Positions 1-8,191 of a stretch of DNA of 17,940 nt are shown here, one piece after another. The first letter of the stretch is position 1. Every line of letters starts with the position of its first letter. A program made the translations under genes and the position numbers. Under the pieces are notes generated by a model. It saw only the letters and a program-made list of their open reading frames with translations, was not told the origin of the DNA and made no database searches. The DNA is from Candidatus Electronema aureum. GTDB lineage: Bacteria > Desulfobacterota > Desulfobulbia > Desulfobulbales > Desulfobulbaceae. The stretch is from assembly GCA_004284765.1 (NCBI GenBank), contig NQJD01000043.1, positions 1 through 17,940 on the forward strand, written 5' to 3'.

Positions 1-249
1 AAATTCCCAAAAATTCTCTTGTTGTGATGGACAACGCAAGTTTTCATAAATCAGAAAAAACGAAGGAACTTGTGAAAAAGTTTTCTTGCAGGCTGCTTTT
101 TTTGCCGCCTTATTCCCCTGATTTAAACCCGATAGAAAAATTTTGGGCTTCCATGAAGGCGAAAATTAAAAAAATAGCTGACGGCATCAAGAGGTTAAGC
201 GTTTGCGTCGAGACGGTTTTTCAGACGATCTAAAAACTGAAGTACTATA
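1..249 (+). mobile_element. Right-hand end of an IS630-family insertion sequence; the element continues beyond the left window edge
   Basis: Carries the C-terminal part of a DDE transposase (next feature). Low-GC sequence ends abruptly near 245-250 (agtactata|ccgccgcaagc), where GC-rich coding-like sequence begins. A TA dinucleotide, the usual IS630 target, sits at the junction. The terminal inverted repeat cannot be verified because the other end is outside the window. Confidence 0.7.
3..233 (+). CDS. IS630-family (Tc1/mariner-like) DDE transposase, C-terminal fragment cut by the window edge
   Basis: The frame is open from position 3: IPKNSLVVMDNASFHKS...LLFLPPYSPDLNPIEKFW. This matches the family signature vvDNasiH ... 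LPpYSPdLNPIE..W. The D of MDNAS and the E of NPIE are 35 residues apart, the DD35E-type spacing. Stop codon TAA at 231-233. Confidence 0.88.
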   Translation: MPKNSLVVMDNASFHKSEKTKELVKKFSCRLLFLPPYSPDLNPIEKFWASMKAKIKKIADGIKRLSVCVETVFQTI

Positions 250-631
250 CCGCCGCAAGCTACGCACGCCGTTAGTCATTGACAGGCCGTCGCATCATCC
301 TGACGCAGGCATCCTCAGCGGCGCAGGCACAGCCCCCTTTGCCAAGATCACGGACGGCGCGGCCTCAGCCTCCCTGATGCTCCGCATCCAAGCGGCCTTG
401 GACATCGGCGACGGCCACATCGAGCTGATGCTGCTCGACATGAAGGAGGGCGGCAAGACGGGAGCACCGGTGCGCGTCACCGCCAACGGCACCTTCACCC
501 TGAACGGCTGGGAGAGCGCGGCAGTGACGAGCCTCAGCGTGGCGGTGGAGGACTTCACTGGGCTGGCGGCTTTTATCCGCAGCGGCTACGCAGGCAGGCT
601 GGTGGATGTGCTGGATATACGGGTGGGGTAG
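250..631 (+). pseudogene. 3' remnant of a GC-rich gene of unknown function, apparently interrupted by the IS630 element
   Basis: The reading frame is open across the IS junction to the TAG at 629-631. Third-position GC bias is strong (gac ggc gcg gcc tca gcc tcc ctg ...). The track start at 203 is a TTG inside the IS, and no credible start exists after the junction. The encoded tail (...ITDGAASASLMLRIQAALDIGDGHIELMLLDMKEGGKTGAPVRVTANGTFTLNGWES...) matches no family I recognise. Confidence 0.5.
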
Positions 632-649
632 GAGAAAGAAGGCCCAAAC

Positions 650-676
650 CATGCTTGCCCGATCTGAGCAAGCATG
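650..676. terminator. Perfect 9-bp stem / 9-nt loop hairpin between the convergent gene remnant and glmS; possible terminator
   Basis: catgcttgc (650-658) and gcaagcatg (668-676) are exact reverse complements. On the minus strand the hairpin is followed by gtttgggccttctttctcc, which is only moderately T-rich. There is no clean U-tract on either strand. Confidence 0.4.
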
Positions 677-731
677 CGTGCTCGACTTGAGGAACCAGGG
701 TTGCTCCATCGCAGCACGCCCTGTGCGAAGA

Positions 732-2573
732 CTATTCCACCGTCACGCTCTTAGCCAGATTGCGTGGCTGATCAACATCGCAGCCACGGCGGCAGGCTAT
801 CTCGTAGGCCAGCAGTTGGGCCGGGATAGTGTAGAGGAGCGGATTCAGTTCCTCATGCACCTTGGGCAGATAGAGCACATCGTCAGTCGTCAGGGCGGCA
901 AGGTGCGTGTCGCCTTCCGTGCCAATCAGCAGCAGGCGGCCTTGCCGCGCCCTGATCTCCTCGACATTAGAAATACTCTTCTGGTACACCGCGTCCTGCG
1001 GCACAATGGCCAGCACCGGCATGTCCTTGTCAATCAGAGCAATCGGGCCGTGCTTTAGCTCGCCAGCCGCGTAGCCCTCAGCGTGGATGTAGGAGATCTC
1101 CTTCAGTTTCAGCGCGCCTTCTAAGGCAATGGGGAAGTTGAGGCCGCGCCCGACAAAGAGGAAGTCCCGCGCATCGTAATACCGTTCGACTAAGGCCTGG
1201 ATCTGCTGCTGTACCGCAGGCAGCACCGCGTTGATCACCGGCGGCAGAGCGATAAGAGCAGCCCCCAACTCCTTAATTGCCTCTGGCGAGGCGGTGCCGC
1301 GCACCTGCGCCAGATGCAGCGTCAGCAGAAAGAGGGCCGAGAGCTGGCAGGTGAAGGCTTTGGTGGAGGCCACGCCGATCTCTGGCCCGGCGTGCGTGTA
1401 GATGATACCATCGGCCTCGCGGGTCATGGTCGAGCCGACCACGTTGCAGATGGTGACGACTTTCGAGCCAAGCGAGGCGGCCCGGCGTGTGCCAGCCAGA
1501 GTGTCGGCGGTCTCGCCGGACTGGGAGATGGCTACGGTCAGAACGCGCTCGTTGAGCAAGAGGCGGCGGTAGCGGAACTCCGAGGCGATATCCACATCCA
1601 CCGGCACGCCTGCCCATTGCTCCAGCCAGTATTTGGCCACCAAGGCTGCGTGCCACGAGGTGCCGCAGGCGACCAGAGCAATGCGCTCGACCTTGCGCAA
1701 GTCCTCGTCACTGAGGCCGATCTCCGGCAGGTTGACGCTGCCGCTCTCCGGGTCTATCCTGCCGCTGATAGTGTTGAGGATAGCCTGCGGCTGCTCGAAG
1801 ATCTCCTTGAGCATGAAGTGCCGATAGCCGCCCTTCTCAGCCATAGCCGCGTTCCAGTCAATCGTCCGCACTTCCTTCTCGGTCCGCTCGCCGCTCTCAA
1901 TGCCGATGACGGAATACGTGCCCTTGTCGAGAATGGCCAGCTCGTGGTCATCCAAGAAAATCACCTTGCGGGTGTAGGGCAGCAAGGCCGGAATATCCGA
2001 GGCGATATGGCAGGCATCATCACTCAGGCCCATGACCAGCGGACTCTGGTTGCGGGCGGCCACCAATCTGCCTGGCTCCTTCGCCCAAATCACGCCAAGC
2101 GCATAGGAGCCTTCCACTCGCGCCAAGGCCTTGCGCACCGCAGCCACGAGGTCATTCTCCAGGTACTTCTCAATCAGATGCGCCAGCACCTCGGTATCCG
2201 TCTGCGAGGAGAAGACATGCCCCTCAGCCAGCAGCTCCTGCTTCAGGCTGCCGTAGTTCTCAATGATGCCGTTATGCACCACCACCAGCTCGCCGGTGCA
2301 GTCGGTGTGCGGGTGCGCGTTGCTCTCGGTCGGCGCGCCGTGCGTGGCCCAGCGGGTGTGACCAAGGCCGGTGTGCGCGTCCATGCCGATCTGCTCGTCC
2401 ACTGCCTTTTCCAAGTTGATCAGCTTGCCTGCTGCCCGGAAGCGCACCAGCTTGCCGTCCTGCTGACAGACCAGTCCAGCAGAGTCATAGCCCCGGTATT
2501 CCAAACGACGCAATCCTTCCAGCAGCACCGGAATCACCTTCCGGCTGCCTGTGTAGCCAACTATTCCGCACAT
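732..2573 (-). CDS. glmS: Glutamine--fructose-6-phosphate aminotransferase (isomerizing)
   Basis: 613 aa. It has the canonical N-terminal nucleophile MCGIVGY, a class-II glutaminase domain, two SIS domains (SQSGETADT) and the C-terminal ...KSVTVE typical of GlmS. Confidence 0.97.
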   Translation of the reverse strand: MCGIVGYTGSRKVIPVLLEGLRRLEYRGYDSAGLVCQQDGKLVRFRAAGKLINLEKAVDEQIGMDAHTGLGHTRWATHGAPTESNAHPHTDCTGELVVVHNGIIENYGSLKQELLAEGHVFSSQTDTEVLAHLIEKYLENDLVAAVRKALARVEGSYALGVIWAKEPGRLVAARNQSPLVMGLSDDACHIASDIPALLPYTRKVIFLDDHELAILDKGTYSVIGIESGERTEKEVRTIDWNAAMAEKGGYRHFMLKEIFEQPQAILNTISGRIDPESGSVNLPEIGLSDEDLRKVERIALVACGTSWHAALVAKYWLEQWAGVPVDVDIASEFRYRRLLLNERVLTVAISQSGETADTLAGTRRAASLGSKVVTICNVVGSTMTREADGIIYTHAGPEIGVASTKAFTCQLSALFLLTLHLAQVRGTASPEAIKELGAALIALPPVINAVLPAVQQQIQALVERYYDARDFLFVGRGLNFPIALEGALKLKEISYIHAEGYAAGELKHGPIALIDKDMPVLAIVPQDAVYQKSISNVEEIRARQGRLLLIGTEGDTHLAALTTDDVLYLPKVHEELNPLLYTIPAQLLAYEIACRRGCDVDQPRNLAKSVTVE

Positions 2574-2768
2574 GATGACCTCTCTTCAATCGTATGAGTT
2601 CCACGCCGCAGCAGGCGCAGGCGGGATATTAGCAGACTGTGCCAACTCCCGTTTATGGTATTGTTTTGCAAGGTAAGGATGGTGAGGGAGACTACGTGAC
2701 AGGCTTTATAAAGGAAGAAACGTGACAACAGGAACGCTGTCATGAATCAACGGATATTCATCCGACTG

Positions 2769-2794
2769 CTCACCTCGAATCAATCCGAGGTGAG
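2769..2794 (-). terminator. Perfect 9-bp stem-loop 18 nt downstream of the OmpA-family gene stop; possible terminator or insulator ahead of the glmS promoter region
   Basis: ctcacctcg (2769-2777) and cgaggtgag (2786-2794) are exact reverse complements around an 8-nt loop. A second 5-bp hairpin, cggat/atccg, follows on the minus strand. No U-tract is present, so terminator function is uncertain. Confidence 0.35.
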
Positions 2795-2811
2795 ATCGCG
2801 ATATCGTCAGA

Positions 2812-3924
2812 TCACTTCCCTTTCCTGACAGTGATCGTTACTCGGCGGTTGAGCCGTCGTCCTTCCTCGGTCTTGTTGGACGCAACCGGTTTGGCAGAGC
2901 CGTGCCAATAGAGCAGCACTCGTCCCTTTTTCAGGGGGAAATTGTCCATCAGGTATTTCCGCGCACTTTCTGCTCTGCTCCGAGAGAGATGGATGTTGTA
3001 TTGCTGCGGGCCACGAATATCGCAAAAGCCAGAAAGTACCGCGTATTCGTGCTGGTTTGCAGTTAAATAGCGACCCAATCGATCCAGCGTCTGTTGATAT
3101 TCCTTTCTGACTTTGGCTTTATCAAAGGCAAAAAGAACGTTGGAAAAGGGGCTGTCCGCAGGCATGTACAACCTGCCGAAGAGATGCTCAGGATGCTCAA
3201 CCACAGTGTCAAAGTCAATCACCTGCGAGCAATCGTTGACTCCGGCAATGTCATTCAGCAGCTTCTCCGCCGATTGGTTCGTTGCACTGCTGATTAGGGT
3301 AAAGCAGACATCGTATTTCGCCGCTAACTTTTTGGCTTGGGCTAATGGCTCAGGCTCGTCAACTCCCTCAAAGCGCGAGGCAGCCCCGTTGGTGAACATA
3401 AACACCTCGGTGCGTCCCGGTAAACCAAGTAAGTTTTCTAACTTCATCAGGGCCGTCTGGAGCATAGGCGGGCCAGAGCTGATCACCGGTAGCTGTTCCA
3501 AGGCAGCGGCGAATTCTTCCTGATTATAATTGTGTAGCTGATAGTAGGGATGAAAGCCTTTCTCCGCACCGGGCAGCCACATCACGTTCTTCCAGTGCGG
3601 ATAGAGTCCGGTTTGCCAGTTTAGCTCCGGCAAACTGGCGTTGCTCTTGAGCAGGACTTCTTTGGACATTTCCAACCGGGTCATACCATCCCGGTAAGGC
3701 ACAGTCATTGCTGTGGAGGGATCATAAAAGACAAAAAAGTTGTCCGCCATGCGGATGTACTGTGGCTTTTTCTCTTTCGGAAAGGCATCTGGTTGCCAAA
3801 TCCAGTCTTTTCTATCAAACCGCTTGGCTTTACTTTTCTTACTGCGGGCAAAGGAGGAAGACGGCATGGAAAAGAGCAGCACAGCCAGCAGCGCGGCCAG
3901 CAGCTGCACAGTTCGGGAGTTCAT
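2812..3924 (-). CDS. OmpA-family protein: signal peptide, vWA-like middle region and C-terminal OmpA/peptidoglycan-binding domain
   Basis: The C-terminus ...NIHLSRSRAESARKYLMDN...GSAKPVASNKTEEGRRLNRRVTITV matches OmpA_C-like motifs. The N-terminus MNSRTVQLLAALLAVLLFSMPSSSFA looks like a signal peptide. I prefer the ATG at 3924 (GGAGA 7 nt upstream) over the track start at 3951. Confidence 0.8.
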   Translation of the reverse strand: MNSRTVQLLAALLAVLLFSMPSSSFARSKKSKAKRFDRKDWIWQPDAFPKEKKPQYIRMADNFFVFYDPSTAMTVPYRDGMTRLEMSKEVLLKSNASLPELNWQTGLYPHWKNVMWLPGAEKGFHPYYQLHNYNQEEFAAALEQLPVISSGPPMLQTALMKLENLLGLPGRTEVFMFTNGAASRFEGVDEPEPLAQAKKLAAKYDVCFTLISSATNQSAEKLLNDIAGVNDCSQVIDFDTVVEHPEHLFGRLYMPADSPFSNVLFAFDKAKVRKEYQQTLDRLGRYLTANQHEYAVLSGFCDIRGPQQYNIHLSRSRAESARKYLMDNFPLKKGRVLLYWHGSAKPVASNKTEEGRRLNRRVTITVRKGK

Positions 3925-3973
3925 AGTAGTTTCTCCTGTCCTGCGGCTCAACGCAGGAAGATCAGCTGATTTT

Positions 3974-4723
3974 TCAAAAGGTCATTCGGTCTTCTGCCAC
4001 CGGCAGCAGGGCATGAGGAACTGCCTGCACCATCTGCTCAATCAAGGGCAATTCGGTTCGTCGCAGAGTGTGATCTAAATGCACCAAGGCGATCTGGCCC
4101 ATTTCTAATTCTTCGGCCAGTTGGAGCGTGGTGGTGACAGAACCGTGATAAGGGTACGTATCGACCTTACTAAAGGATTCATGGACGACAAAATCGCAGC
4201 CTTGAATCAGGTCTTTGGCATGTTTACCTGCCCGTCCATCACCACTATAATAGAACTTCGTTGCGCCGTCTTCAAGTCGCAGACCGAGATTATATTGGGA
4301 ATGCTGGGTTAAAGCGGCGGACCAAGTCATCCCAGCAAGCGAAATGGTCTCTTGAGCATGGAGCAGATGAAAATCAAACTGGAAACTTAGTTTCTTTTCA
4401 AAGGTGGGGTAAGCCAGTTCCAAGGCAGCCCTGACCTTGTGATCAACGCCTTTCTGGCCAATTATGCTCAACGACCGGGTGCGGCCCAGCTGCCAAAGAC
4501 GAAGGAACAGCAGGGGCAGGCCGAGGTAGTGGTCGCCGTGAAAATGAGATATCCAGATGCAGTCCAGCTCTTCTGGCTGCTCCACTATCCGAAAATATTG
4601 ATGCGGCACAGAAAAGCCGCAGTCCAGCAGAATCCTAGTGCCATTGCTGGCTGTGATCAAGGAAGAACTGTTGCCGTGCGCGGTGTCACAGGCTTCCCCG
4701 ACTCCAAGAAAGAAGATTTCCAC
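3974..4723 (-). CDS. MBL-fold metallo-hydrolase (beta-lactamase superfamily, RNase Z/phosphodiesterase-like)
   Basis: 249 aa with the metallo-beta-lactamase HxHxDH motif (ISHFHGDH). Downstream His/Asp ligands are present (HESF, HGS, HLDH). GGAG lies 7 nt upstream of the ATG. Confidence 0.8.
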   Translation of the reverse strand: MEIFFLGVGEACDTAHGNSSSLITASNGTRILLDCGFSVPHQYFRIVEQPEELDCIWISHFHGDHYLGLPLLFLRLWQLGRTRSLSIIGQKGVDHKVRAALELAYPTFEKKLSFQFDFHLLHAQETISLAGMTWSAALTQHSQYNLGLRLEDGATKFYYSGDGRAGKHAKDLIQGCDFVVHESFSKVDTYPYHGSVTTTLQLAEELEMGQIALVHLDHTLRRTELPLIEQMVQAVPHALLPVAEDRMTF

Positions 4724-4855
4724 TGTTGCTGCTCCGTTCTTACGATTGAGAGGCCATTGTGTTCATAAAAAGGGTTTTTCCTCGGATGCGCAGCACAGCT
4801 ATTGCAGCTGTACTGTTCGTAATATAGGTGTTTTCCGCTGCTGAGGCAAGCCGGT

Positions 4856-5461
4856 TTATTGAGAAAGGCAGACAGATTGAAAAGATGCAGCCTGCTTTTC
4901 TATCTGTGCCGCCAGCTGCTCTGGGGCAAAATCAAGGCGGGCAAAGAGCGCGTTCTCTAATAAGCTACATTTCCTAAAATTGTCTTGAATACCCTCATGC
5001 TTACGAAGATCACCATCACCGTACCGGTCGATGATATAGTCTAACCGTTCGACTAAACTGACGATGCTGTCGTGACGGACGCGCTTGTCCGCATAATAAA
5101 CCAGCTCGCAGGCGGAAAAAATGCCTGCATCATACCGTTCAGGGGCAAAATCCGGCAAGACAACATGCCCGGCCACGATTTCGGCGATTTCCGGGAAACC
5201 CTCTTCCAAACAAATTGCTGCTCCGGCTTTAGCATGATTTTCGCCGCTGCTCAGACAAGGTGTTTTGGCGATGTCGTGCAGCAAGGCTCCGCTAATGCAG
5301 AGCTGGCGATCAGGCAACAGCTCTGCGGAAACGTTACTCCGCAGGCCATCAACCAATACTTCAGCAATCCGAGCAACCATAACCGAATGCGTCCGGATAT
5401 TGGCCAGCATTCCGTGCTGTTCCATCAGCGCGGCGCAAGCAGCAATATCTGGGATGTTCAT
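4856..5461 (-). CDS. HD-domain phosphohydrolase (HDIG/YqeK-like)
   Basis: Contains H...HD metal-binding motifs (RTHSVMVARIAE..., GALLHDIAK, GHVV). I prefer the ATG at 5461 (MNIPDIAAC...), which lies 1 nt after the hemE stop. The track start at 5500 would overlap hemE by 38 nt. Confidence 0.72.
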   Translation of the reverse strand: MNIPDIAACAALMEQHGMLANIRTHSVMVARIAEVLVDGLRSNVSAELLPDRQLCISGALLHDIAKTPCLSSGENHAKAGAAICLEEGFPEIAEIVAGHVVLPDFAPERYDAGIFSACELVYYADKRVRHDSIVSLVERLDYIIDRYGDGDLRKHEGIQDNFRKCSLLENALFARLDFAPEQLAAQIEKQAASFQSVCLSQ

Positions 5462-5462
5462 T

Positions 5463-6485
5463 CTATCTGCGGCTGAGGCGATGCACCGCCTCGACGGCAA
5501 TTTTCACCTGTTCCGGCGGGGTTTGCGGCAAAATACCGTGGCCCAAGTTGAAGATATGGCCCTTAGCCGCCTTGCCTTCGGCAAGAATGGCGGCAATCCG
5601 TTGCTCCAGAGCCTCTTTGGGCAGGAAAAGCGCGACCGGATCCAAATTGCCTTGCAGAACATGCTGCTGCGTAATTTTGGCCGCATCGTCCAATTTGATC
5701 CGCCAGTCCAAACCGAGCACATCAGCTCCGCTGATCTTGCTTAGTTCCAGCAAGGTCGCGCCGTTGTTGGCAAAATAGATGATCGGCACATCGGTCATCT
5801 GGCGCAGGTCAGCGATGATGGACTGCACATAGGGCAGGGCTAAACGCTCAAAATCGCAGGGCGCGAGAATGCCTGCCCACGAGTCAAAAATCTGCAAAAC
5901 CTGCGCACCGGCCCGCGCCTGCGCTTGCAGGTAGAGGCTGGTGCAGCGGGTGATTTTTTCCAGCAGGGCATGATACAGCTCCGGCTGCTGATAGGCCATC
6001 CGCTTGGTTTCCAAGAAGACTTTGGACGAGCCGCCTTCGATCAAGTAAGTGGCCAAAGTGAACGGCGCGCCGGAAAAGCCGATCAGCGGCACCTTGAGCG
6101 CACGGCGCAGTAGGCGGATGGTTTCAAGGACAAACGGCACTGCCTCTTCAGGCTCAGGCACGATCAGTTTATCAACTGCCGCTTGCGTCCGCACCGGGTC
6201 GAGGAAAACCGGCCCCTTGCTCTCATGGAATTCGAGCTGAAGGCCCATCGCCTCCATCGGAATCAGGATGTCCGAGAAGAGTATGGCAGCATCAAAGCCA
6301 AAAATATCAACCGGCTGGAGCGTGACTTCGGTGCAAAGCTCCGGGTTCTTGCACAGCTCAAGAAAAGTCAGCTTACTGCGGACAGCCTGATATTCGGGCA
6401 GATAGCGTCCAGCTTGGCGCATGAACCAAACTGGCGTGTATTCGGTTTGCTCGCCCCGGCAGGCGCGTAAAAAAGTGTCGTTCAT
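5463..6485 (-). CDS. hemE: Uroporphyrinogen decarboxylase
   Basis: 340 aa. The N-terminus [32 protein letters not shown] is the canonical HemE signature ([15 protein letters not shown]), and the family pattern holds over the full length. Confidence 0.96.
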   Translation of the reverse strand: MNDTFLRACRGEQTEYTPVWFMRQAGRYLPEYQAVRSKLTFLELCKNPELCTEVTLQPVDIFGFDAAILFSDILIPMEAMGLQLEFHESKGPVFLDPVRTQAAVDKLIVPEPEEAVPFVLETIRLLRRALKVPLIGFSGAPFTLATYLIEGGSSKVFLETKRMAYQQPELYHALLEKITRCTSLYLQAQARAGAQVLQIFDSWAGILAPCDFERLALPYVQSIIADLRQMTDVPIIYFANNGATLLELSKISGADVLGLDWRIKLDDAAKITQQHVLQGNLDPVALFLPKEALEQRIAAILAEGKAAKGHIFNLGHGILPQTPPEQVKIAVEAVHRLSRR

Positions 6486-6510
6486 TTAAGTAGATTTGCT
6501 TTCAGGAAGA

Positions 6511-7023
6511 TCAGGAACCAAGCAGGCCGACAGCACCTCCGACAATTGCTGAAACAAGCGGATGCTCAAGCAGCTTGCGAAGGAGAGTTTTGGCCTCTTC
6601 CTTTTCCTGCGGGGTTGCCGTGGCAGATTCGATAGCCTTGGCTAACTCGGAAAGAGTCAATGTATTATTGCTGCCAATAATGTTATTGACATTGGTCGAA
6701 CCGGTAATAGTTACCGTATTGTTGTTATGCTGCACAAATTCCACCTTAATAGCAGGAGTTTCGGTTCCTTCAACGACATCTATGCCAAAAGCGTTAATCC
6801 TTCCGTATCCATTGACGATTATCCCAGAAGATTTATAGTTTGACTTCGTAGCTTTCCATTCAAGATAGTTGTGTTCACCTAACTGATCGCATACGTAGAG
6901 TATGTCTTGTTCGGTAACTTCAACGCCAAGATCGGCGGGTTTCGGCGGAGACAAGGAAAGACCATCACGTCGCCGGTCGTAAAAATACTGAAGAATATAG
7001 CCTCTCAGCTCACTGTCTTTCAT
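6511..7023 (-). CDS. Hypothetical protein: wHTH-like N-terminal domain, Asn/Thr-rich linker and C-terminal Gly-zipper-like hydrophobic tail
   Basis: The ATG at 7023 has GGAG 9 nt upstream (ccgaGGAGttgatttctATG). The longer track ORF (to 7284) overlaps the radical SAM gene by 275 nt and is rejected. The product is 170 aa: [21 protein letters not shown]...[15 protein letters not shown] ... [23 protein letters not shown] ... [22 protein letters not shown] is visibly lower than in the flanking genes. Confidence 0.6.
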   Translation of the reverse strand: MKDSELRGYILQYFYDRRRDGLSLSPPKPADLGVEVTEQDILYVCDQLGEHNYLEWKATKSNYKSSGIIVNGYGRINAFGIDVVEGTETPAIKVEFVQHNNNTVTITGSTNVNNIIGSNNTLTLSELAKAIESATATPQEKEEAKTLLRKLLEHPLVSAIVGGAVGLLGS

Positions 7024-8083
7024 AGAAATCAACTCCTCGGCTGTGATACGCGCAAAACGGCTCTTGGGCAAGATAATCACCACTGATTGCATACGCCCTC
7101 GCCCGGCAGCCGCCGCAGACGTTGACATATTCGCAGCGTCCACAATTATCTTTATAGCTCTTGAAGTCACGCAGTTCCAGAAAAAGTTTTGATTGCTCCC
7201 AGATTTCCTGAAAACGCTGCTCGCGAATGTTGCCTGCGGCCTTGGGGAAGTAACTGCACGGCAGGATGTTACCATCAACGTCAATCAGGCAAATCAGCTG
7301 TCCGGCCAAGCAACCTTTGGAACCACCAGTCGAAAACTGGAGGGTTCTGCGCTTGAATTTCTCGCCGTCCTCTTTGGCCCGCTGAAGAACGATGCGATAA
7401 TACTGAGGAGCGCAAGTCGGGCGGACAAGCAACTCGTGCTCCTCCTTCTCCATGTCGTAATGCCAGTTGAGGATGTTCTCATATTCCGAGGCCGGAATCA
7501 GCTCCTCCATGATCTCCTCGCCGCGTCCGGTCGGCACAATCATGAAGAGATACCAAGCCGTTGCGCCGAGCTTTTTTACCAGCTCGTAGAGTTTTGGAGC
7601 CTCTTCTTTGTTGCGCTGCGTGAAGGAGGAGTTGACGAGAAATTTGATGCCGTGTTGGTTGAACAAGCGGATAGCGTTCATCGTGCCGTCGAACGCGCCG
7701 GGCTGATTGCGAAAGTTGTCATGCACCGCTGCGGTCGAACCATCAAGACTGAGCGAAACCATCTTGATGCCTGCCTCTTTGATTTTGCCGCAGATTTCTT
7801 CTGTAACCAAGGTGCCATTGGTGGCAAGACACATCCGCAAACCAAGACCAGTGCCATACGCTGCAATGTCAAACACATCAGGCCGCAGCAGAGGCTCGCC
7901 GCCTGAAAGCACCACTACCGGGCTGGCATAGGACTTAATGTCATCCAGTACCCGCTTGGCTTCATCCAAGGAAAAATCAGGATGCCCGGTTGCTTCCAAG
8001 CTTGACGAAGAGCGGCAATGCACACAGTTCAGATTGCAGCGGCGGGTGATTTCCCAAGCTATCCATTTTGGTTCAAAATCCAT
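7010..8083 (-). CDS. Radical SAM/SPASM-domain enzyme of the AhbC/AhbD/NirJ (tetrapyrrole-modifying) type
   Basis: 357 aa. Radical SAM cluster motif CNLNCVHC in [17 protein letters not shown], followed by a GGEPLL SAM-binding motif. The C-terminal SPASM-type cysteines are [19 protein letters not shown] ... [17 protein letters not shown] ... PFCAY. GAGGG lies 6 nt upstream of the ATG. Confidence 0.85.
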   Translation of the reverse strand: MDFEPKWIAWEITRRCNLNCVHCRSSSSLEATGHPDFSLDEAKRVLDDIKSYASPVVVLSGGEPLLRPDVFDIAAYGTGLGLRMCLATNGTLVTEEICGKIKEAGIKMVSLSLDGSTAAVHDNFRNQPGAFDGTMNAIRLFNQHGIKFLVNSSFTQRNKEEAPKLYELVKKLGATAWYLFMIVPTGRGEEIMEELIPASEYENILNWHYDMEKEEHELLVRPTCAPQYYRIVLQRAKEDGEKFKRRTLQFSTGGSKGCLAGQLICLIDVDGNILPCSYFPKAAGNIREQRFQEIWEQSKLFLELRDFKSYKDNCGRCEYVNVCGGCRARAYAISGDYLAQEPFCAYHSRGVDFYERQ

Positions 8084-8142
8084 TGCAGCCCTCGGCAGAT
8101 TGGCGTGGTGAAAAACTGATTTGCAGAAAAGGATAAGAAATA

Positions 8143-8171
8143 ACTATATTCTTCCTGTGGGCAAGGGTCAA
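8143..8171 (-). promoter_or_regulatory. Sigma70-like promoter for the radical SAM / small ORF / hemE / HD gene string
   Basis: On the minus strand it reads TTGACC (8171-8166), a 17-nt spacer, then TATAGT (8148-8143). It sits about 60 nt upstream of the radical SAM start codon. Sequence match only. Confidence 0.4.
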
Positions 8172-8191
8172 CTGCTTTGTGCTTAGAGTGG

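Noticed and set aside
1314-2597. Long + strand ORF (427 aa), plus other ORFs antisense to or overlapping glmS, metX and sdhA (for example 606..1058, 9518..9946, 11909..12529, 12336..12728)
   Set aside because: These are shadow ORFs, typical of GC-rich coding regions. Their products are low-complexity Arg/Ala/Gly/Pro-rich, and they fully overlap confidently identified genes.
2574-2811. Possible glmS ribozyme in the 5' leader of glmS
   Set aside because: The minus-strand leader lacks the conserved ribozyme core I recall, such as the AGCGCC cleavage-site context and the GACGAGG-type core segments. It shows only simple repeats and small hairpins. A cmscan would be decisive, but nothing by eye supports a ribozyme.
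7024-7284. N-terminal extension of the small ORF (track 6511..7284)
   Set aside because: It would overlap the radical SAM gene by 275 nt in another frame. The extension is low-complexity and has no ribosome-binding site, whereas the ATG at 7023 has a good GGAG.
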